From Deltaproteobacteria bacterium (lineage in GTDB: Bacteria > Myxococcota > Kuafuiibacteriia > Kuafuiibacteriales > Kuafuiibacteriaceae): 64,000 bases of DNA. Within the stretch, counting starts at the first letter, position 1; each line of letters starts with the position of its first letter. The notes below the pieces were generated by a model. That model worked only from the letters and a program-made list of their open reading frames with translations, ran no database searches and was not told the origin of the DNA. The DNA is taken from contig JAVJQW010000023.1 in NCBI GenBank assembly GCA_040218735.1, positions 544,001 through 608,000 on the forward strand, read 5' to 3'. Below, one piece after another: positions 56,116 through 64,000 of this stretch. The translations under genes were made by a program, and so were the position numbers.

Positions 56116-58193
56116 CACGCGCCTCCCTGAATGTCGTCGAGGACGGCGGACCCGTCTCGGGAGAACGCGACCCGAATGAGGATGAACTCGGTGGGGATCG
56201 CGGGCGCGATCTCGACCTCGGCGACGACCATGCCCTGGTCCCGCTCGGCCGGCGTCGTCGTGGAGTCGTCGACGCGAACGCTGTACGACTCTGCGCGCGT
56301 CGTGCCGGCGAGCGCGTTCTTCCGCCACAGCTCGTCGAGGACGGCGTCGATGGTGAGGTGGATGCGGAAGCGAACGTCGGCGTCGTTCGGCTCGAAGACA
56401 AACGTCGACCCGAGCGCGCGCAGCACCCGGCGAACGTAGGCGACGACGCGGCTCGCCGGGATGAAGCGATCCGGGCGGCTCCAAGTCGCGAGGGAACGCA
56501 CGCCGTGGACCAGCGCGCCGCGCCCCGGGATCGCGTGGACGACGCCGAGGTGCGCGGCGTTGAGATCCGCACGGTCGCGATCCGGAAGGACCTCGGCGAT
56601 TCCCACGGCGCCTTCGAGCGTGATGTTGGCGAAGCGCGCACCGGGCGTCCCCTCGCGTGTCGTCGCGGCCATCAGACCTGCGACGTGACCCGACGGCGGA
56701 ACGAGGATGACGCGGCGCCCGCGCGTGCCGGGATCCAGGACGCGGACCCAGGGGTGGAACATCGCGCAGTGCGGGAGCGCGCTCGCGTGCCCTTCGAGCG
56801 CCACTTCGGATCGCATGACGTGGGTCGACGCGATCACCTCGGCCGGGGTGAGCATCGGCAGCGGGTCGAGGAGGAGCGTGCGGTCCAAGCCGCGGTCCAA
56901 CCCCAGCTCCGAGGACGGGAGGGACATCGCGATGAGGTCGCGCTGCAGGGCGGAGATCGCCGACCCGAATCCGGGCATCTGAGACTCGGGCACCACCTCC
57001 GGAGGGATGCTCGGCGCGGGAGTCGGGACGGCGCTCTCGGTCTCGTTCCGCGGCGCGCAAGGAGGCGGCGGTTCGGGTGGAAGCTCGTCGCGCGGGTCGT
57101 CGACCGGCGGTCTCGAGCAGTCGTGCGGCTCGGGCGCGGCGGGCAGCATGAGATCCGGGAACGTGACGATACTGGGCGCAGGGTGGGTCATCATCGCGCG
57201 CCCCGCAGTGAGTACGACGTTGGCGTCCATCGCCTTCGTACCGTCCACGCCGCCGGTGAGTTGGACCCGCCATTCGGGGACATCCGCGACCGCTTCGAGG
57301 GATGGCGTTCCGTTCCATGGGTTGGGTAGCGGCGCGGGCATCGTCTGGGGCGGGAACGACGTGGGGTAGCCGTCGGGCAGCGCGCTGCGGAGGAGCGACG
57401 AGTTCCCGGGTCGCTGCTGTCCCAGCGACAGCGCAATCTCGGAGTCCTCCGCGTAGGGAGTCCAGGACTCGGGGACGGCTGGGCTCCACTCGGTTTGCGG
57501 CCCGCTCGGCATGAAGTATCGCCACACCGCGCGCGGGCTCTCCCACGCGAGCGACAGTTCGCGGTGACGCTCGCGTCCCGCGGCGCTGTCGACGATGACT
57601 TCGACGGTGGGATCGATCACCTCGACGAGGTCGACGGACGGATCCACGGCGGCGTGGGGCCACGCGAACAACCCACCGGTGCCGGCCACCAGGCGCCCGA
57701 ACGTGGGGGGGGATCCCACGCCTCGACGGAAGCGAACGACGTCCCCTTCCCGCAGGCCCGCCGCGAGCGTCGGGAACCCGGCCACCGTACGTCGTCGTCG
57801 CACGCGGAGCGGCATCGCGATCCGTGTGGCGTTGCCCCAGCGCCCCGCGGAGCTCGCGGTGAGTCCGATCGTCGCGCCCGTCGCCGGGTCGATGACTTCG
57901 GCGCGTGCGACGCGCGTCGTGGTCGACGCCCAACGCAGCACGTAGGCCGTCGAGCCTCGGTTCTGAAAATGAGCGTACGCCGCGAGTGGAGTGAGCGCCT
58001 GGCGCTGGGTACCGCGAATGGGTAGGAACCCACCGAACTCGAGCTTGAAGCCCCCCCAGTCCTCGACCCGTCGAGGAACCAGGATGGGCCCGCGCTCGAG
58101 GATGCCCGCGAAGCCGACGATGTCGGCGCGCAAGGCATCCCCGGACCCGCGCGGGGCCTCCTCCTGGACGATTTCGACTCCCGGCGCGAGCAT
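56115..58193 (-). CDS. Second tail sheath protein, locus B (~692 aa)
   Basis: MLAPGVEI...RADIVGFAGILERGP; LTGGVDG; PPSGHVAG; VFEPND; IAPAIPTEFILIRV; ATG 58193 overlaps the tube stop. Confidence 0.92.
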   Translation of the reverse strand: MLAPGVEIVQEEAPRGSGDALRADIVGFAGILERGPILVPRRVEDWGGFKLEFGGFLPIRGTQRQALTPLAAYAHFQNRGSTAYVLRWASTTTRVARAEVIDPATGATIGLTASSAGRWGNATRIAMPLRVRRRRTVAGFPTLAAGLREGDVVRFRRGVGSPPTFGRLVAGTGGLFAWPHAAVDPSVDLVEVIDPTVEVIVDSAAGRERHRELSLAWESPRAVWRYFMPSGPQTEWSPAVPESWTPYAEDSEIALSLGQQRPGNSSLLRSALPDGYPTSFPPQTMPAPLPNPWNGTPSLEAVADVPEWRVQLTGGVDGTKAMDANVVLTAGRAMMTHPAPSIVTFPDLMLPAAPEPHDCSRPPVDDPRDELPPEPPPPCAPRNETESAVPTPAPSIPPEVVPESQMPGFGSAISALQRDLIAMSLPSSELGLDRGLDRTLLLDPLPMLTPAEVIASTHVMRSEVALEGHASALPHCAMFHPWVRVLDPGTRGRRVILVPPSGHVAGLMAATTREGTPGARFANITLEGAVGIAEVLPDRDRADLNAAHLGVVHAIPGRGALVHGVRSLATWSRPDRFIPASRVVAYVRRVLRALGSTFVFEPNDADVRFRIHLTIDAVLDELWRKNALAGTTRAESYSVRVDDSTTTPAERDQGMVVAEVEIAPAIPTEFILIRVAFSRDGSAVLDDIQGGA

Positions 58194-58642
58194 CAGATCA
58201 TCTCGATCCCTTCGTGCGCGAGCTCGAGGGTCTCCAGGGCCGTCTCGTTCTTGTTGGCGGCCATCGCGGGCCCCATCCACTTCACCGGCCAGGCCTTCTT
58301 GAGCTTCCAGGTCGCGACGACCCCTCGCTTCTCGTCGAGGAGGTGGATCTTCACCGAGGTCTTGCCCTCGCTGTCGTCGGCGTTGCCGATGCCGCCGACC
58401 ACCTCGTCGCGCCATCGAAAGAGATCCGAGGCGCCGATCACGCCGCGCTTGAGCACGACGTTGGGGTGCTTCCGGATCCCCGGAATCTTGCGCATCACCG
58501 TGTCTTCGTCCCCGGTTCGGTACTCGACGACGCCCTGTTCGCTGTCGATTCCCGACACCTCCGAGAACGCCGCGATGATTCCGTTGTCGAACTCGACGCG
58601 GAAATTGAATGACCCGTATGGGTTGTTCCTCTCGACCGCCAT
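58193..58642 (-). CDS. Tail tube protein (gp19/Afp1-like), locus B
   Basis: NPYGSFNFRVE...FSEVSG...VEYRTG...VVLKRG...AWPVKWMGP...ETLELAHEG. Confidence 0.95.
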   Translation of the reverse strand: MAVERNNPYGSFNFRVEFDNGIIAAFSEVSGIDSEQGVVEYRTGDEDTVMRKIPGIRKHPNVVLKRGVIGASDLFRWRDEVVGGIGNADDSEGKTSVKIHLLDEKRGVVATWKLKKAWPVKWMGPAMAANKNETALETLELAHEGIEMI

Positions 58643-58658
58643 GATTTATACCTCCTGA

Positions 58659-60725
58659 TCAGCCCTGGCTGTCCGCGGTGAATTGACCGATTCGGAAGAT
58701 CACGAACTCGGCGGGTTTGGTCGGAGCCACACCAATCTCACAGATCAGGCGGCCGTTATCCAAGTCATCCTGACTCATCGTGGAGCGATCACACTTCACG
58801 TAGAAGGCGTCGTCCGGTTTGGTTCCGAGGAGCGCGCCCGTGCGCCACACCGACTCCAGGAACGTCTCGATAGTGCTCCGGACGGCGGCCCAGAGCTGCT
58901 CGTTGTTCGGTTCGAACACGACCCACTGCGTGCCCTTGTCGATCGAGTGCTCGAGGAAGATGAACAGCCGTCGAACGTTGACGTACTTCCACTCCGGGTC
59001 ACTCGAGATGGTGCGCGCGCCCCACACGCGGATGCCGCGTTTGTTCTCGCGGAAGTCACGGATGACGTTGATGCCCTCCGGATTCAGGACCTCCTGGACG
59101 CCGTGCAGCACCTTCGTCACGACGTCGCGTGCGCCGCGTACGACCTCGTTGGCGGGCGCCTTGTGTACGCCGCGGTCGACATCGGAGCGGGCGTAGATGC
59201 CCACCATCGGCCCCGACGGGGGCACCTCGATCTCCCGGGCCGTCTGCGGGTCCGAGCTACGGATCCACGGGTGGTAGATCGCGGCGTACTTGCTGTCGAA
59301 ATTGCCGCGGTGTCCGCGGATGGTCGCGGTCTCGGCGCCGCTCGGGCCGTCGAGGACCGCGAAGCGGTACTTCATCAGCTCGCAGTGGGTGATCAGCGCG
59401 TCCTGCACGGCCGGCGCCGTCACACCGGGGACGGCGGTGATCGAAATCGCCTCCTCGTCTTCGAGCGCCGCGATACCGCTGCGCTGACCCGGGTCGGCGC
59501 CGGAGTTGCCGATGTAGTCGGGGACGTCGGGGAGCTGGTCGTCGGTCCCCACCGCGAGCCCGGCGACGGGCGCCAGCCACTCGGGGTGACCGTTCGTCGT
59601 GGTGGGGTGCGTGTCGAGCGGTGCGGCTGGATCGAAACCCGTCGGCGCCGTCATCGTGATGAGTTTGGAGTCGTCGACCTTCTTCCAGTACGTGCGGGTC
59701 GCGTTGAACTCGGCGGCCTGCGCGGCCGTGAACCCGAGGGTTGCACCGGCCGCGACTTGTCCCCAGGCGCCGCGGAAGGTCTCGACCGTCGCGCCCCAAC
59801 TCACGATGAGGTCGACTTCGCTCAGGAGCGCGACGAGGCGCTCACCGGGGCCCGCGGCGGTCGGCGCGCCGGCGGTTGGGGTGACGATTTCCAGCGTGTT
59901 GCCGGCGATCTTCGCGACCGTGGCGTAGGTGGCTTCGACCAGGTCACCTGTGGCGGTCGCTTCCTTGCGCAGCTCGATCACGCAGCCCGGGTAGAACGCG
60001 GACGCCGACGCCACTGCGATGGCGTTGCCGGAGACGGAACCCACCTCTACGGGGGGCCCGTAGGTCGGCCGCACCTGCACGCCAACGCGCTCGGCCCACA
60101 CGCCAGGCTCCTTGGCGCGGAGCGTGGGTCCGCCGGCCGTTGCGGCGCGGAGACGGACGTACGAGTTCGCCGCCTTGTGTTCGCCCTCGGCGGTGGTGAT
60201 GGGGTTGGCCAGCCCGATCTGGCGGGTCGACGAGATCCCCTTCGAGACCGCGACCGGCGTCGCAGGGTCGTCTCCGCCGAAGAGCGCGACGGTCGTCGAG
60301 TCGTACCCGCGGAGCGTCGTCACGCCGATCTTGTCCATACCCACCGGCGCGTTGGCGCGGAGGCGAGCGAAGATGCCGTGCTGGAGCTGGAGCTCGCGCA
60401 GGTCGACGGCGTTTCCACCCTGGGGCGGGTGCGCCTTGTAGACTCGGCACACGAAGGCACGCTTGCCTCCGTTGTCGAAGAACTGCTTCATCGCGATGGG
60501 CAAGTGTCCGTGTTCGCCGCCCGGTCCCGCTCCGGTCTTGCGCGGAATGAACCCACCGAAGTTTCGCTGGTACTCACCGAAACTCGTCACGAGCTTGGGG
60601 AGCCCCTGAACGGGGCCGCGTTCGGTCATGCCGACGAACCCAGCGGTACTGGTAGATACGCCTTCGATGGTTTTTTTGCCGGGTCGTTCTTCGATGTACA
60701 CGCCTGGCGCGAGATATTCGGGCAT
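58659..60725 (-). CDS. Tail sheath protein, locus B (688 aa)
   Basis: MPEYLAPGVYIEE...EGVSTSTAGFVG; RGVHKAPANE; WGART; YVNVRRLF; KPAEFVIFRIGQ. Confidence 0.96.
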   Translation of the reverse strand: MPEYLAPGVYIEERPGKKTIEGVSTSTAGFVGMTERGPVQGLPKLVTSFGEYQRNFGGFIPRKTGAGPGGEHGHLPIAMKQFFDNGGKRAFVCRVYKAHPPQGGNAVDLRELQLQHGIFARLRANAPVGMDKIGVTTLRGYDSTTVALFGGDDPATPVAVSKGISSTRQIGLANPITTAEGEHKAANSYVRLRAATAGGPTLRAKEPGVWAERVGVQVRPTYGPPVEVGSVSGNAIAVASASAFYPGCVIELRKEATATGDLVEATYATVAKIAGNTLEIVTPTAGAPTAAGPGERLVALLSEVDLIVSWGATVETFRGAWGQVAAGATLGFTAAQAAEFNATRTYWKKVDDSKLITMTAPTGFDPAAPLDTHPTTTNGHPEWLAPVAGLAVGTDDQLPDVPDYIGNSGADPGQRSGIAALEDEEAISITAVPGVTAPAVQDALITHCELMKYRFAVLDGPSGAETATIRGHRGNFDSKYAAIYHPWIRSSDPQTAREIEVPPSGPMVGIYARSDVDRGVHKAPANEVVRGARDVVTKVLHGVQEVLNPEGINVIRDFRENKRGIRVWGARTISSDPEWKYVNVRRLFIFLEHSIDKGTQWVVFEPNNEQLWAAVRSTIETFLESVWRTGALLGTKPDDAFYVKCDRSTMSQDDLDNGRLICEIGVAPTKPAEFVIFRIGQFTADSQG

Positions 60726-60734
60726 CGTGTTCTC

Positions 60735-61328
60735 CTAAGGTATGAGTATGGGCTGAACCGAAGTGACTCGATTCAACTCGACGGTAGGGATGTTTGTTGT
60801 TTTGGCTCCGGACGGCCACGTCACGATGACGGTCGCGCTGGATGCTGCGAGCTTCTCGGGCACGTGAACGACGAACTGCCAGCGTTGGGGGAACTCTTCC
60901 TTGGTGACGTAGACGGGCACCGTGTGGTTCGGGACCGACGGCGCCGGATCGACGAGCTGAACGGTGACGTCCTCAGGCGCGAGGTTCGCCACTGCGTTGT
61001 GCACTTCGCCCACCACGCGCGTGTCTTCAGGGCTGAACTGGAACGTCGCGCGTCGGTGGAGCTGAAGTGTCTGCGGTGAGGGCATCGGCGAGACGACCGT
61101 GGGGAGCTTCTTCGTCACGTAGTCGCGAGCCCACACCACGACGTCGTAGGTGCCCGGTGGGGTGTCGAGGACGACGAGATCTCCGCTCAGGTTCGTGACG
61201 ACGGGATAGAACATCCGCCGGTCGCGTAGCGTGTTGCTCGGGCTCTTGGGGACGAGCAGCTCCACGGAGGAGCTGCGAATCCGTCTCCCGGTCGAATAGT
61301 CGACCACCTTGAATCCGAGGTTCGGCAT
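60735..61328 (-). CDS. eCIS accessory protein (prealbumin/carboxypeptidase-regulatory-like fold, 197 aa)
   Basis: Between Pvc16 and sheath; VVDYSTGR, PPGTYDVVVWARDY. Confidence 0.7.
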   Translation of the reverse strand: MPNLGFKVVDYSTGRRIRSSSVELLVPKSPSNTLRDRRMFYPVVTNLSGDLVVLDTPPGTYDVVVWARDYVTKKLPTVVSPMPSPQTLQLHRRATFQFSPEDTRVVGEVHNAVANLAPEDVTVQLVDPAPSVPNHTVPVYVTKEEFPQRWQFVVHVPEKLAASSATVIVTWPSGAKTTNIPTVELNRVTSVQPILIP

Positions 61329-61340
61329 GACTTTCGTCCC

Positions 61341-61964
61341 TCAGGGGAGCGGGACCTCGGGCGGCACTTCGCTGGGGTTCGGGGCGCCGATGGTGTGCGG
61401 CGCGTTGCTGCGCTCCTGCACGATGCCGGAGGTGAAGACACGCTGAGACGCGATCGGGATGACGCGCGCCTTGTAGTAGAGCGCGAGCTTGAAGCGCTTG
61501 AACCCGAACGTCGTCCAGATGCGCGCCTGATCTTCGATGCTCGGGTTGTGCAGCGAGAGCTGCACCGTGTCGGCCGGATCCCAGCCGGCGCCGAGGTACA
61601 CGGGCTCGAGCTCGGCGTGGTCGTACATGACACGCAGGACGTCGCCGAGGAGCTGGTGCTCGTCGGTCGTGGAGGCCGCCCAAGCACACACCATGAAGTC
61701 GAGGTCGACGACACACGGCGGGACAACCTGCTGCGAGGTCCCGCCCACGCTCGAGACGACCTGGTGGTCGCGGTTCTTGAGGAAGGGGTTCTCGGAGATG
61801 TTGTAGAGAAAGACCGTCAGGCGCGGGCGCGGGATCGGGTCGGGGAGCAGATCGATGGACTCGATGAAGATCTGGGACGCGGTGATGCTGAGGAGCGAGA
61901 GATTCTCCTGCAGCACGCGCTTGAACGCGTCGCTCACCTGATAGATCGCCCGAGCATCCGCCAC
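61341..61964 (-). CDS. Pvc16/Afp16-like (DUF4255) protein, locus B
   Basis: RLTVFLYNISENPFLKN...VDLDFMVCAW...DEHQLLGDVLRVMYD...IWTTF...LALYYKARV. Confidence 0.9.
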   Translation of the reverse strand: MADARAIYQVSDAFKRVLQENLSLLSITASQIFIESIDLLPDPIPRPRLTVFLYNISENPFLKNRDHQVVSSVGGTSQQVVPPCVVDLDFMVCAWAASTTDEHQLLGDVLRVMYDHAELEPVYLGAGWDPADTVQLSLHNPSIEDQARIWTTFGFKRFKLALYYKARVIPIASQRVFTSGIVQERSNAPHTIGAPNPSEVPPEVPLP

Positions 61965-61966
61965 GG

Positions 61967-62290
61967 CTAGTCCTCCGAGAACGCTTCCAACAGCGCGTGG
62001 GGATCGTGGGCGCCGCGTCCGGCCACATGGATGCGGGTGGCGCCCGCGAGGTAGGCGTCGTGGTGGTCTTCGGGCGCCTCGCGGTCGGTGATCAGCCCGC
62101 GGACGCGGACGTGAAGCGGGATGCGCCCGAGCAGCGCCACGCCGGCGTCGTGGTGCCCGCGCGCGTCGATGACGACGGTCTCATCCGAGCCCTCCGTCCA
62201 GAAGCGCGAGGACGACAGATCGACGTAGACGACCCCGTCGGCGGAGCTCCACCGCCCCTCCCCCGCAACGTCCAGTAGCACCGTGCGCAT
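61967..62290 (-). CDS. Hypothetical protein heading locus B (107 aa)
   Basis: ATG 13 nt after a sigma54 motif; ends 2 nt before the Pvc16 start and carries its GGAGG site. Confidence 0.6.
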   Translation of the reverse strand: MRTVLLDVAGEGRWSSADGVVYVDLSSSRFWTEGSDETVVIDARGHHDAGVALLGRIPLHVRVRGLITDREAPEDHHDAYLAGATRIHVAGRGAHDPHALLEAFSED

Positions 62291-62303
62291 GACTCCCGGC
62301 TAG

Positions 62304-62319
62304 AGCAGGAAGCGATCCA
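62304..62319 (-). promoter_or_regulatory. sigma54 -24/-12 promoter motif for eCIS locus B
   Basis: TGGATCGCTTCCTGCT (GG-N10-GC); ATG at 62290 follows after 13 nt. Confidence 0.5.
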
Positions 62320-62359
62320 CATCGAGACACTCGCCAGCGGAGCCTGGGCGCCGGAGTGG

Positions 62360-62404
62360 GTTGCGGAATGCAACATGGGTTGCGCGACCAAGACGTTGCG
62401 CAAC
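62360..62404. promoter_or_regulatory. Cluster of GTTGC/GCAAC half-sites, candidate upstream activator sequence
   Basis: GTTGC-GGAAT-GCAAC (62360-62374), GTTGC (62379-62383), GTTGCGCAAC (62395-62404); about 70-110 bp upstream of the inferred start site. Confidence 0.55.
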
Positions 62405-62432
62405 GGCGTCGGCGCGCCGCCCGTGACCGCTT

Positions 62433-64000
62433 TCAGCGGGAGACGCTGAGGTAGTCGATGCGCAGCAGGATGTCGTCGACCTCGTTGAGGCGAAGGCCAT
62501 CACCCACCGGCCGGCCCTCGTCGTCGACGTTCGGCAGCTCGCTCTCGGGGATGAACAACGCGTACTCACCGAAGAGGAGCCTCGCGGCGAGCTCGGTGCT
62601 CTCACCGTCGACGGTGGTGCTCGAGGCGAGCGTCGTCGGGTCCACGTTCAAGCGAGCCTGCAGTCGCGCCGTTGCGAAGTTCCTCGCCGAGTCGTCGACG
62701 AGGTTTGGGACGCCCTCGCCGACCCCGGGGAGGCGGAAGAGGTTTCGACGCGGCCGCGTGCTCGCGACCTGGAACGAGTCGTCGGCCGCACGCGCACAGC
62801 GGTTCGCGTAGAAGGTGTTGGCCTGCTGAATCTCCAGGTTCACCGTCTGCGCCAGCCCTTGGAACATGCGCGCCTCGTCGCCGACGACGGTCGCGTTGAG
62901 GCTCCATACGCGCTCGGCGCACGCGTTCTCGAGCGCAAACGGGATGCCCGAGGCGTCCCCTCGATTGAGCGCCGAGAGCGGCGCGAGGTTGAACGGGATG
63001 CGCACGCCGAGGCGACGACCATCCCTCCGCACCTCGAAGCGCGGGTGAGTCAGGATCGCGCGGAAGCGCTCGGTGGCGTCGAGGATGTGATTGCCCGGAT
63101 CGACTTCGAGCTGATCGGCGACCTGTAGGATCTCGTTCTTGAGGCTGATGACCTGGGTGAGCTCGGCCGGGACCGCACCGTTGACGGAGCCGGTGGCCTT
63201 GATCGCGCGGAGCTCGTCGAGCACCTCGACCAGGTCGTTCGCCTCCTGCGCCGCGAGCACGTCTGCGCGCGCCGACAAGGACTGCTGAAACTCGTACTCT
63301 ACCGCGCGCACGCCGAGGTACGACGCGCGGCGCGCGAGCGCGAACTTCCGACGGAACGCTTCGATGTCGTCGTTCAGCCACGGGTCGCGCCCGACAACGC
63401 TCGCGAGCGAAGCCTCCGCAGCCGCCACGTCGGCGAGCCCGCGCGGCACCCGTCGCACGAGTTGCTCGCGCAGCCCCTCGAACTCGAGGTACCCGGCCGA
63501 CGCTTCTTGCATCGCCCGACGAATACGCAGCTGGGCGGCGTCGAGTCCGACCAGCGCGAGCTCGGCCTCCTTGAAGCAACGCTCCTCCTCGATGTCATTC
63601 TCGATGCCGAGCACCGTGAGGTCGTGGCTGCGCTGGGCGTCGTCCATCGCGGCCTGGATCGCGAGCGAGGCGATCTCGAACCCAGCCGCCACGCCCCCCG
63701 CGGTGCAGGCCGTCCCCGACGCCGCGCCGAACTTCGTGTCCGAACCGACGGCATCGGCACAGTCCGCCACCGCGTGCGAGGCGACGGCGGCGGAGTCCAC
63801 CGCGGTCTTCGCTGCGTTGAGATCGGACATGGTGTTCGCGTGGTCCTCTTCGAGGCCCTCGATCTCTCGATTGCCCGCGCGGAGGATGTCGCAGCTCCGA
63901 ACCTGGATGTCGTACTCGTCGAGGAGCGCGTTGAACTCGGCGCGCGCCGTCGCGATGTCGGTCGCGAGGATGCGGAGGCCGAACGCGACCTCCCCGAGCG
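62433..64000 (-). CDS. C-terminal part of a large protein with Tc-toxin A-subunit-like features (5' end outside window)
   Basis: Frame open to the window edge; long helices with a Gly/Ala-rich stretch, ARRASYLGVRAVEYEF, and terminal LNEVDDILLRIDY resembling the TcA DIILHIRY terminus. Confidence 0.55.
   Translation of the reverse strand, partial: LGEVAFGLRILATDIATARAEFNALLDEYDIQVRSCDILRAGNREIEGLEEDHANTMSDLNAAKTAVDSAAVASHAVADCADAVGSDTKFGAASGTACTAGGVAAGFEIASLAIQAAMDDAQRSHDLTVLGIENDIEEERCFKEAELALVGLDAAQLRIRRAMQEASAGYLEFEGLREQLVRRVPRGLADVAAAEASLASVVGRDPWLNDDIEAFRRKFALARRASYLGVRAVEYEFQQSLSARADVLAAQEANDLVEVLDELRAIKATGSVNGAVPAELTQVISLKNEILQVADQLEVDPGNHILDATERFRAILTHPRFEVRRDGRRLGVRIPFNLAPLSALNRGDASGIPFALENACAERVWSLNATVVGDEARMFQGLAQTVNLEIQQANTFYANRCARAADDSFQVASTRPRRNLFRLPGVGEGVPNLVDDSARNFATARLQARLNVDPTTLASSTTVDGESTELAARLLFGEYALFIPESELPNVDDEGRPVGDGLRLNEVDDILLRIDYLSVSR

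Noticed and set aside
55600-57933. Apparent long N-terminal extensions or fusions in track ORFs (also 4891-6666, 13594-17787, 47583-49361, 41479-42507)
   Set aside because: The extensions overlap upstream genes and are Arg/Pro-rich noise; internal starts have ribosome-binding sites or stop/start coupling.
39570-60725. Type VI secretion system
   Set aside because: No TssJ/L/M membrane complex or split TssB/C sheath; the ATPase is Afp15-type, not ClpV.
34023-62290. Prophage interpretation of the tail genes
   Set aside because: No capsid, portal, terminase, integrase or replication genes; Pvc16-like and Afp15-like genes point to eCIS.

Overview
High-GC bacterial DNA, probably Myxococcota-like (inferred from Cys-rich lipoproteins, an MshEN-fused Ser/Thr kinase and sigma54 regulation). 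The window holds two separate, divergent extracellular contractile injection system (eCIS; Afp/PVC-like) loci on the minus strand. Locus A (<1-6914) is cut by the window edge: small wHTH-like gene, Pvc16, accessory gene, a 1100-aa sheath, tube, and a second sheath missing from the ORF track. Divergent from it is a DUF4157 polymorphic-toxin-like gene with a coupled immunity candidate (6983-12006). Locus B (~34.0-62.3 kb) looks complete: Pvc16, two sheaths, two tubes, LysM tube initiator, split spike (GpD + gpV), gp25, baseplate J, tail-I-like wedge, three paralogous baseplate/fibre proteins, tape-measure-like protein, AAA ATPase, a large basic effector-like protein and an acidic partner. Its spike-tip-like gene lies on the opposite strand, next to a degenerate kinase-like gene and a sigma54 activator. 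Between the loci are secreted proteins and lipoproteins (Zn phospholipase C/P1-like, S41 peptidase-like), a persulfide dioxygenase-rhodanese fusion, an ECF42-YciI pair and regulators. A TcA-toxin-like gene is cut by the right edge. Six sigma54-type -24/-12 motifs end 12-14 nt before a start codon, suggesting near-leaderless sigma54 transcripts. All family assignments come from motif recognition by eye; no database search was run. No rRNA, tRNA, CRISPR array, integrase, transposase or capsid genes were seen.
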